From contig JAICXJ010000003.1 in assembly GCA_025980465.1 (NCBI GenBank), forward strand, positions 47,549 through 111,548: a DNA stretch of 64,000 nt, in the 5' to 3' direction. The notes under the pieces are model-generated. The model had not been told where the DNA came from and ran no database searches. It saw nothing but the letters and a program-made list of their open reading frames with translations. Origin of the DNA: Frankiales bacterium. GTDB lineage: Bacteria; Actinomycetota; Actinomycetes; JAFAQI01. The position numbers and the translations under genes are program-made. Below, piece by piece: positions 56,763 through 64,000 of this stretch. Every line of letters begins with the position of its first letter. Position 1 is the first letter of the stretch.

Positions 56763-57122
56763 CTAGCGGCCGGTACGACGGGTCGTCGCCTTCTTGGCGG
56801 CGGTCTTGGCCGCGGTCTTCTTCGCTGTGGTCCGCTTCGCCGGCGCACGCCGGGCGGGCGGAAGCGACATCCGCCTGATCGGCGCCCGGCCCGGCGCAGC
56901 TTTCTCGTCGTCCGACTCGTCATCGAGCGGCTCGGCGTCGGCCTCGTCGTACCGCGGTGGCGCAACGTAAGACGTCGTCGAACGCGGTCGGCCCCGCTCC
57001 AGCCAGGCCAGATCGGCGCGCAGCGTCGCCAACAGCTCGTCGCGGTCGGCCGTGGCCGAGCGCACCGCGATGCTGTATCGGGTGATGATGTCGAGGTCGG
57101 TCAGCTGCACCTGATCGGACAT
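56763..57122 (-). CDS. small hypothetical protein with Lys/Ala/Thr-rich basic C-terminal tail
   Basis: MSDQVQLTDLDIITRY ... acidic stretch DDESDDEK, then [21 protein letters not shown] tail. Start at the internal ATG 57122. Confidence 0.5.
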   Translation of the reverse strand: MSDQVQLTDLDIITRYSIAVRSATADRDELLATLRADLAWLERGRPRSTTSYVAPPRYDEADAEPLDDESDDEKAAPGRAPIRRMSLPPARRAPAKRTTAKKTAAKTAAKKATTRRTGR

Positions 57123-57132
57123 AGCGAAAACC

Positions 57133-57669
57133 CTATCCGCCGAGCATCTCGAGCAGTGTCGTGACGGTTCGCCAGTTGCGGTCGGTGCCTGCGACGCCCA
57201 GCCGCTTCGGCCACGCCACGGTCGCCAGCTTCGAACGGCCGAAGCCGTTGGGATGCCAGGTGTAGATCTCGGTGCCGCGGATCGCAAACCGCTCCGGGGA
57301 GAACTCATCGGGATCGAGTGCCCTCACCTTCGCCACCGGGGGCGCGGCAGTGAGGAACACGACGTGAAGAAGCTTCGGCTCGTCGGCGTGCTCCGGGAAC
57401 GGGTTGGCCCTGACCGCCGCGGCGAGCTGGGCTCGGCTGCGCACCATCACGTCGACGTCGCAGCCGCACCCGTCGCGAATCAGCTCGTTGATCTTGCGGG
57501 CCAGGGCAGCGGGCTTGTCGGCGCTGCTCAGGAGGAGGTTGCCGCTCTGGACATACGTCGCGACATCCGGGTATCCCGCAGCCTCGGCGGCCTCGCGCAG
57601 CCACCGCATCGGGACCTTGTTGTGGCTGCCGACGTTGACCCCTCGAAGCAATACGGCGTACCGCGTCAT
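57133..57669 (-). CDS. DUF1697 domain-containing protein
   Basis: [22 protein letters not shown]-terminal signature. Confidence 0.65.
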   Translation of the reverse strand: MTRYAVLLRGVNVGSHNKVPMRWLREAAEAAGYPDVATYVQSGNLLLSSADKPAALARKINELIRDGCGCDVDVMVRSRAQLAAAVRANPFPEHADEPKLLHVVFLTAAPPVAKVRALDPDEFSPERFAIRGTEIYTWHPNGFGRSKLATVAWPKRLGVAGTDRNWRTVTTLLEMLGG

Positions 57670-58727
57670 GCGGTCCGATCGATCGTTGCCGACCCGAGCA
57701 CCGCCTCGCCGTCGTAAAGCACCAACGTCTGGCCCGGCGCGACTCCGGTCAGCCCGGGCACCACCTCGACCACCAGCCGGCCGTCGACGACATCGGCTCG
57801 ACAGTCAACCGGCCCACCGTGGGCCCGTACCTGTGCCATGACCGAGGTCAGTGGCATCTCGCAGACCGCGCCGGACCAGGTCGGCGGTCCACATTCGACC
57901 CGGGAGACCGCGAGTCGCTCGGCGGTGGCGACCGTCACGGTTCGTTCGACCGGAGAGATCGAGAGAACGTAGCGAGGCGCGTGATCCGGGCGCGGGCGGG
58001 TCAAGGCAAGCCCGCGGCGCTGCCCCACCGTGAACGCGTAAGCGCCGTCGTGCCGTCCGACGACGTCGCCGGACTCGTCGATGATGTCGCCGGGAGCTGA
58101 CCCCAACCGCTCGCGCAGCCAGCCCGCGGTGTCGCCAGAGGAGATGAAACAGATGTCGTGACTGTCGGGCTTCTCGGCGACCGACAGGCCGCGGTCGGCC
58201 GCCTCTGCACGCACCTGCGACTTCAACGACCCGCCCAGCGGGAACATCGCGGCCGCGAGCTGCTCCGGCCGCAGGACAGCCAATACGTAGGACTGATCCT
58301 TGCCCGCATCGGCGGCGCGGAACAGCCGGCCGTCCACGACCCGGGCGTAATGCCCGGTGCACACCGCGTCGAAGCCCAGGGCCACCGCGCGATCGAGAAC
58401 CGCCGCGAACTTGATCCGCTCGTTGCACCGCACACATGGATTGGGGGTGCGGCCGGCGGCGTACTCCGCGATGAAGTCGTCGACCACGTCACGACTGAAC
58501 CTCTCCGCGACGTCCCAGACGTAGTAGGGAATGCCGATGACGTCGGCGGCGCGACGGGCGTCGCGGGCGTCCTCGAGCGTGCAGCAGCCGCGAGCGCCGT
58601 CGCGGTGCGACGCCGGGGTCTGTGACAGTGCGAGGTGCACGCCGGTGACGTCGTGGCCGGCGTCGACCGCCCGGGCCGCTGCCACTGCCGAGTCGACTCC
58701 GCCGGACATGGCGGCCAACACCTTCAC
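57666..58727 (-). CDS. mnmA: tRNA 2-thiouridine(34) synthase
   Basis: [15 protein letters not shown]-loop motif. GTG start 58727 chosen downstream of the iscS stop. Confidence 0.85.
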   Translation of the reverse strand: MKVLAAMSGGVDSAVAAARAVDAGHDVTGVHLALSQTPASHRDGARGCCTLEDARDARRAADVIGIPYYVWDVAERFSRDVVDDFIAEYAAGRTPNPCVRCNERIKFAAVLDRAVALGFDAVCTGHYARVVDGRLFRAADAGKDQSYVLAVLRPEQLAAAMFPLGGSLKSQVRAEAADRGLSVAEKPDSHDICFISSGDTAGWLRERLGSAPGDIIDESGDVVGRHDGAYAFTVGQRRGLALTRPRPDHAPRYVLSISPVERTVTVATAERLAVSRVECGPPTWSGAVCEMPLTSVMAQVRAHGGPVDCRADVVDGRLVVEVVPGLTGVAPGQTLVLYDGEAVLGSATIDRTA

Positions 58728-58740
58728 TGCGACCTGCCGC

Positions 58741-59922
58741 TCATCGGGCGGTGCGACCGGCCGAGCGCGCTCGCTCGACCGCGGGGCCGATCGCAGCGAC
58801 CAGCGCGTCAACGTCCGCGCCGGTCGAACAGTGGCCGAGTGAGAACCGCAACGAGGAGCGCGCCCGTTCCTCGTCCTGTCCCATGGCGATCAGGACGTGG
58901 CTCGGGCGCGCGACGCCGGCTGAGCAGGCAGAGCCGGTAGAGCACTCGACACCACGCGCGTCGAGCAGCATCAGCAGTGCGTCGCCTTCGCACCCCGGGA
59001 AGGAGAAGTGCGCGGTTCCCGGCAGCCGTCGCTCGGGATCGCTGGAAGGGTCCCCGTTCAGCTGCGCGTCCGGCACCACCTCGACGACGCGTCGTACCAG
59101 CTCGTCGCGAAGCGATGCGAGCCAGGACGCCTGTTCGGCCCGTCGCTGCACGGCGAGCTCGACTGCCAGGGCGAACGCCGCGATCGCAGGTACGTCGAGC
59201 GTGCCGGAGCGGACATCTCGTTCCTGCCCACCCCCGTGCAACAACGGCGCGCACTCGACGTCGCGGCCGAGCAGCAAGCCTCCGACGCCGACCGGTCCGC
59301 CCAGCTTGTGACCGGTCACGGTCAGTGCCGCGGCACCACAAGCCGCGAAGTCGACGGCCAGGCCGCCGACCGCCTGGACCGCGTCGGTGTGAAGCGGGAT
59401 TTCGTACTCCGCTGCCAGGGCCGCGAGCTCCGGGATCGCTGACACCGTGCCGACCTCGTTGTTGGCCCACATCACCGAGACCAACGCCACCTCATCGGGC
59501 GCCGTTTCGATCGCGGCACGGAGTGCCGCCGGTTCGACGCGTCCCATCCCGTCGACGGGCACCAGGACCAGCTCGGCGCCTTCTGAGGCGGCGAGCCAGA
59601 TGGCCGGGTCGAGCACGGCATGGTGCTCCGCTGCTCCGACCAGGATTCGCCGGCGTCGGTCATCCTGGGCGCGACGGGACCAGTACAAGCCCTTCACTGC
59701 GAGGTTGTCGCTCTCGGTGCCGCCGCTGGTGAAGACCACCTCGCTCGGCCGAGCGCCGAGAGCGCCGGCTACGGTCTCGCGTGATTCCTCCACGACCCGC
59801 CGAGCGCGGCGACCGGCGGCATGCAACGACGAGGCGTTGCCGACCCCGCCGAGCAGCTCGGCCATGCGGTCGACCGCCTGCGGCAGCATCGGCGTGGTGG
59901 CCGCATGGTCGAGGTATGCCAT
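58741..59922 (-). CDS. cysteine desulfurase (NifS/IscS family)
   Basis: Class V aminotransferase, PLP-lysine region [17 protein letters not shown]; 393 aa. Confidence 0.85.
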   Translation of the reverse strand: MAYLDHAATTPMLPQAVDRMAELLGGVGNASSLHAAGRRARRVVEESRETVAGALGARPSEVVFTSGGTESDNLAVKGLYWSRRAQDDRRRRILVGAAEHHAVLDPAIWLAASEGAELVLVPVDGMGRVEPAALRAAIETAPDEVALVSVMWANNEVGTVSAIPELAALAAEYEIPLHTDAVQAVGGLAVDFAACGAAALTVTGHKLGGPVGVGGLLLGRDVECAPLLHGGGQERDVRSGTLDVPAIAAFALAVELAVQRRAEQASWLASLRDELVRRVVEVVPDAQLNGDPSSDPERRLPGTAHFSFPGCEGDALLMLLDARGVECSTGSACSAGVARPSHVLIAMGQDEERARSSLRFSLGHCSTGADVDALVAAIGPAVERARSAGRTAR

Positions 59923-59979
59923 CTCGGGCCCCAGCCTACGTAGCCGCCTGGCCGGAAGGCCATTTCGTCACTGCGGTCG

Positions 59980-61362
59980 CTACGAGTCGATGAGGATCCG
60001 GCGCGACAGCCGCTCGCCATACACCTCGGCGAACTCGTTCTGATCGAGCACGATCTGGGTCGGGAGCGTCCCGGCGACGGTGCGGATCTCGGTCGCCGCA
60101 CCGATCACTGCTGCCGATTCGTCGGTGCCGTCATCCAGCAGGTGAACAGTGACCCGCGACGCCCCGTCGCGGCGGCGATGACCGACGACGATCCGCCAGT
60201 CGTCAACGTCGGTGCGACCTGCGAGCGCGGAGGAGATGGTGCGAAGGTCCACCGGGTGGCCACCGATGTCAGACACCAGGGCCTTGCGGCGTAGCCCTTC
60301 GACCCGAGGCACCATGCGTCGGCATGAGGGGCAAGGCCCGGTCGCGATTGCGGTGATGACATCGGCGGTGCGCCACCGCAACAGGGCGCTCCCCCGCAGG
60401 CCGAGCTGGGTGATGACCAGCTCGCCGGCACCTGTCGTGTGGTCGCCGGTGTCGGGATCCACGACCTGGACGACCTCGAGGTCGGGGTAGGTGTGAAGAC
60501 CGGTGGTGCCGCCCGAAGCACGGCACTCGCCCCAGAGGAGGCGGGCACCGGCGGGAGCGTGTACGGCGAGGATGGCGACGTCGCTCGCGGCGCCCGCCCG
60601 GTGGAGGGCGTGGGCTGCTGCCAGCCGTTCGGCATCGCTTGGTGCGCCCATGAGTAGTGCGGTGTGGACAGATGCCAGATCGGTGATCCCGTCCAGCAGC
60701 TGGGGCGCCCACGCACTCGGCAGCGCAAGGACGGACGGTGGCGCCAGCCGGACCGCGCCGGCCAGGTCGGCGGGAGCAGCGCCAGGAAACAGCGCCGGTG
60801 CTCCCACACCCATCGCGGCGTACTGGAGTGCGACATGTTCGGTCGTGGCAGCCGGCTCGATCGCGGAGATCAGCACGTCGTTCGCCGTGAGCCCGAGCAG
60901 CTCCCACAGCCGGGCACCGGCGCGCGTGATGACGTCGAGGTCGGCTCGGGTGGACGCGATCGGGTAGGTGAACCCGGCGCCGGAAAAGACGTAGGAGGTG
61001 GCCCTGGTGTCAGCGTCGACGACCCGGCCATAGTCGTCGTTGCGGGTTGCCCGCAGTCGGATCGCCCGCCGGAGATCGGGCCCCGGCGCGTGGAGCGCGT
61101 AGCCGGCCTCGCCGGCCTGAAGGACCAGCGACGACATCCCGGCGGGGTCACCCGTCGGACTCACGTCGCGCTCCCCCATCGCGGGCACGGTCTCGAGATC
61201 GGCAACCGTGCGGATCGATGCGGCCTTGCGGTTCAGCTCGCTGAACCGGCGCCGCCACAGCGGGGAGAACGGCGCGACCGAGTCGCGGACCTGGGAGCGG
61301 ACGAGCGAATCCTGCAGTTGTGCGAGCGAAGACTCGGTGTGCGAATGCCAGGGCGTTGCCAC
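59980..61362 (-). CDS. phenylacetate-CoA-ligase-like (PaaK/CapK family) protein with divergent P-loop
   Basis: N-terminal pattern resembles PaaK (VAPFSPLWRRRF ... DLETVPAMGERDV), but the expected SSGTTG P-loop is replaced by DPAGMSS. Confidence 0.45.
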   Translation of the reverse strand: MATPWHSHTESSLAQLQDSLVRSQVRDSVAPFSPLWRRRFSELNRKAASIRTVADLETVPAMGERDVSPTGDPAGMSSLVLQAGEAGYALHAPGPDLRRAIRLRATRNDDYGRVVDADTRATSYVFSGAGFTYPIASTRADLDVITRAGARLWELLGLTANDVLISAIEPAATTEHVALQYAAMGVGAPALFPGAAPADLAGAVRLAPPSVLALPSAWAPQLLDGITDLASVHTALLMGAPSDAERLAAAHALHRAGAASDVAILAVHAPAGARLLWGECRASGGTTGLHTYPDLEVVQVVDPDTGDHTTGAGELVITQLGLRGSALLRWRTADVITAIATGPCPSCRRMVPRVEGLRRKALVSDIGGHPVDLRTISSALAGRTDVDDWRIVVGHRRRDGASRVTVHLLDDGTDESAAVIGAATEIRTVAGTLPTQIVLDQNEFAEVYGERLSRRILIDS

Positions 61363-61390
61363 GACGCCAAACCCTATTCGACCCGTCGTA

Positions 61391-62344
61391 CTAGCCCTTG
61401 CGCTTCTCGATCTCTTCCGTCAACTGCGGGACGACGTCGAACAGGTCGCCGACGATGCCGAAGTCGACGAGTTCGAAGATCGGCGCCTCCGGGTCCTTGT
61501 TGATCGCGACGATGGTCTTCGAGGTCTGCATGCCGGCCCGATGCTGGATCGCGCCGGAGATGCCGACCGCAACGTAGAGCTGCGGCGACACCGTCTTGCC
61601 GGTCTGACCCACCTGGTTCTGGTGCGGGTACCAGCCGGCGTCGGTCGCAGCCCGCGAGGCGCCCACCGCGGCGCCGAGCGAGTCGGCGAGCTTCTCGATC
61701 AGCGCGAAGTTCTCGCCGCCGCCGAGACCGCGTCCACCGGAGACGACGATCGATGCCTCGGTCAGCTCCGGGCGGCCGCCCTTCTTCTCGAGCACCCGGT
61801 CGAGCACCTTGGCGCCCTTCGCGGCGTCGGACAGCGTCACCGATACCTGCTCCTCGGCAGGTGTCGCCGGTGAGGGCTCGGGAGCGGTGGAGTTCGGCCG
61901 GACGGTGATGATCGGTGTGCCCTTCGACACCTTGGACTTCACCGTGTAGGCGCCACCGAAGATCGACTGGTCGGCGACGAGGTCCGACCCCACTCCGACC
62001 GCGTCGGTGATCACGCCGGAGTCGAGCTTCACGGCGAGCCGGGCAGCGATCTCTTTGCCCTCTGGCGAGGACGGAATCAGTACCGCGGCCGGCGAGGCGG
62101 TGCCGACGATCTGGGCAAGTACCTCGGCTTTCGGCGCGATGATGTAGGAGTCGAGTTCCTCGGCGTCCGCCAGGTAGACCTTCTGCGCGCCGTACTCAGC
62201 CAGCGCGGCCTTGGCGGTGTCGTAGTTCTGTCCGACGTAGACCGCCGACGGCTCGCCAAGCGAGCGGGCAAGGGTGAGCAACTCGAGGGTGACCTTCTTG
62301 GGGGTGCCTTCGACGTGCTCGACGAGGACGAGTACCTCAGCCAT
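61391..62344 (-). CDS. etfA: electron transfer flavoprotein subunit alpha
   Basis: FAD-binding C-terminal domain ([15 protein letters not shown]); 317 aa. Confidence 0.9.
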   Translation of the reverse strand: MAEVLVLVEHVEGTPKKVTLELLTLARSLGEPSAVYVGQNYDTAKAALAEYGAQKVYLADAEELDSYIIAPKAEVLAQIVGTASPAAVLIPSSPEGKEIAARLAVKLDSGVITDAVGVGSDLVADQSIFGGAYTVKSKVSKGTPIITVRPNSTAPEPSPATPAEEQVSVTLSDAAKGAKVLDRVLEKKGGRPELTEASIVVSGGRGLGGGENFALIEKLADSLGAAVGASRAATDAGWYPHQNQVGQTGKTVSPQLYVAVGISGAIQHRAGMQTSKTIVAINKDPEAPIFELVDFGIVGDLFDVVPQLTEEIEKRKG

Positions 62345-62362
62345 GTTTCGTCGTACTCCTTC

Positions 62363-63145
62363 TCAGACGAGCTTCTGGGATGCGAGGAATTCGGCGAGCT
62401 TCGCGCCGCCGTCGCCCTCGTCCTTGACGATCTGGCCAGCCTGCTTCGGCGGCCGTGCCGCGAACTCGGCGACCTCGGTGCCGGACCCGGCGAGTCCGAC
62501 GCTGCCACCGTCCACGCCGGCGTCGGCGATCGTGAGAGTGGTCAGCGGCTTCTTCTTGGCCGCCATGATCCCCTTGAAGGACGGGTAGCGCGGCTCGTTG
62601 ATCTTCTCGACGACGGACACGATCGCGGGGGTCGAGGCCTCGACCACGTCGTATCCCGTGTCGGTCTGCCGCTCGATCTTCACCGTGGTGCCGCTGACCT
62701 CGACCTTGCGGGCGAACGTGAGCTGCGCGGCGCCGGTGCGCTCCGCGAGCATCGCCGGGATCACGCTCATCCGGGCGTCGGTCGATTCGACCCCGAGGAT
62801 CACCAGGTCGTACTCGATCGTGCCGAGCGCCTTGGCGAGTGCGTTGGAGGTAGCGAGTGCGTCGGAGCCATGCAGAGCATCGTCGACCACGTGAACCGCC
62901 TGGTCGGCGCCCATCGACAGCGCCTTGCGGATCGTCTCCACCGCCTTGTCCGGGCCCATCGTCAAGACGGTGACGGTGCCGTCGCCACCGGCCTCCTTGA
63001 TGCGAAGCGCCTCCTCGACGGCGTACTCGTCGAGCTCGTTCATGACGCCTTCGACGCCTTCGCGATCGACGGTCTTGTCGGAGTCGCTGAGCCGCTTCTC
63101 AGCCCAGGTGTCGGGCACCTGCTTCACGCACACGACGATGTTCAT
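62363..63145 (-). CDS. etfB: electron transfer flavoprotein subunit beta
   Basis: MNIVVCVKQVPD N-terminus; 260 aa. Confidence 0.9.
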   Translation of the reverse strand: MNIVVCVKQVPDTWAEKRLSDSDKTVDREGVEGVMNELDEYAVEEALRIKEAGGDGTVTVLTMGPDKAVETIRKALSMGADQAVHVVDDALHGSDALATSNALAKALGTIEYDLVILGVESTDARMSVIPAMLAERTGAAQLTFARKVEVSGTTVKIERQTDTGYDVVEASTPAIVSVVEKINEPRYPSFKGIMAAKKKPLTTLTIADAGVDGGSVGLAGSGTEVAEFAARPPKQAGQIVKDEGDGGAKLAEFLASQKLV

Positions 63146-63232
63146 GGCCGGCGGCCGACCTCCTGCAGTAGGGGCTTCGCACGTCGCGGATCACGCGACA
63201 CCGATACGGATGCAAACTCTAGCAAGCGCCAG

Positions 63233-64000
63233 ATGACGGCCCGTCGGCGACGTAGCGGTTCCGCTGCGACGAACCGGTCCGAGTCGGCCAAGCGCGCCGA
63301 GCCCTTCTACAAGCCTCAAGTTCCTGGTTGGATCGTGAAGGTGGGGGCAAGGTCGGATCCGGAGGATCCCCGATCGCGGCAACTTCCGACCGGGTTGGTC
63401 ACGTTCCTCATGACCGACATCGTCGGCAGCACCGAGCTGCTTCGCCGGCTCGGCGGCGAGCGGTACGGCGAGGTCCTCGCCACCCATCAGGCTCTGATCC
63501 GAGCCGCCCTCGGTAGCTACAACGGCGCCGAAGTCACCACCGAAGGCGATTCCTTCCTCGCCGCGTTTGACCGTCCCGATGACGCGGTGATGGCCGCGAT
63601 CAGCGCGCAGGAGTCACTCGCCGCACACCGGTGGGGCATCCAGGTCGCGCTGAGCGTGCGGATGGGCATCCACCTCGGACCGGCGACAGCGACCCAGGAT
63701 CGCGACTACGTCTCCCTCGCGCTCCACCAGGCCGCCCGCGTCAGCGATGCGGCGCGCGGCGGACAGGTCTTGACCACCCGCACCGTGGCCGCTGCCGTCG
63801 AGCACCTGCCCGAGGCGAGGTTCACAGCGCTGGGCAGCTACTGGTTGAAGGACTTCCCGAGACCGGTGCCGCTGTTCGCCGTCGCAGCCGCTCGCGGTCC
63901 CGTCGATCAGCCTGCGCCCCGCGCGCCACGGGCCGACCTGTCAAACCTGCCCGCACTTCGCAGCCCACTGCTCGGCCGGGACGACGAGCTTGCCGAACTG
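63233..64000 (+). CDS. adenylate/guanylate cyclase domain protein (5' part; continues beyond the window)
   Basis: LVTFLMTDIVGSTEL...TEGDSFLAAF class III cyclase motifs. ATG 63233 is in frame; the alternative GTG start is 63335. No stop before the window end. Confidence 0.7.
   Translation, partial: MTARRRRSGSAATNRSESAKRAEPFYKPQVPGWIVKVGARSDPEDPRSRQLPTGLVTFLMTDIVGSTELLRRLGGERYGEVLATHQALIRAALGSYNGAEVTTEGDSFLAAFDRPDDAVMAAISAQESLAAHRWGIQVALSVRMGIHLGPATATQDRDYVSLALHQAARVSDAARGGQVLTTRTVAAAVEHLPEARFTALGSYWLKDFPRPVPLFAVAAARGPVDQPAPRAPRADLSNLPALRSPLLGRDDELAEL

Noticed and set aside
55584-57164. 526-aa plus-strand ORF
   Set aside because: Out of frame and overlapping the phosphoesterase gene, and antisense to the small K/A-tail gene. 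Arg/Pro-rich nonsense translation.

Overview
High-GC (about 70%) actinobacterial chromosomal core segment. It is densely packed, with roughly 60 protein genes, mostly on the minus strand, and two tRNAs. Gene order resembles the mycobacterial/Streptomyces backbone: fpg-rnc-(ACP-like)-rpmF-DUF177 ... coaD-rsmD-recG / rpmB ... thiD-thiL ... ddl-gpsA-plsC / cofC ... hupB-leuD-leuC / iclR ... gltX-tRNA-Gln-tRNA-Glu. A large branched-chain amino acid (BCAA) biosynthesis supercluster follows (cimA-like, ilvE, leuB, leuA, serA, ilvC-ilvN-ilvB, ilvD). After it come gatB, def, a dipeptide-type ABC transporter operon, gatA-gatC, a GGDEF-EAL protein, ligA, a MetE-like protein, a Tat-lipoprotein phosphoesterase, mnmA-iscS, a PaaK-like protein, etfA-etfB and a partial adenylate/guanylate cyclase gene at the window end. 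I found no mobile elements, CRISPR arrays, rRNA genes or an obvious horizontally acquired island, and no convincing novel multi-gene system. The most interesting signals are regulatory. There are two candidate leader-peptide transcription attenuators, an Ile-Ile peptide upstream of the citramalate-synthase-like gene and an Ile-Leu-Val-Val peptide upstream of ilvBNC. Arrays of related near-palindromic ATGTG-N-CAT repeats lie upstream of ilvD and serA. An IclR-type operator palindrome sits in the leuCD/iclR divergent region, and a 17-bp tandem duplication of the ilvE ribosome-binding/start module creates a coupled uORF. Smaller oddities include an orphan ACP-like ORF, a PaaK-like protein with a degenerate P-loop, a small protein with a histone-like K/A tail, an IclR CDS overlapping an antisense tRNA-Glu, and a DMT-transporter remnant. 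Several very long ORFs in the six-frame track are antisense shadows of real genes, typical of high-GC DNA, and are rejected. All calls rest on reading the translations and sequence by eye; no database searches were run.
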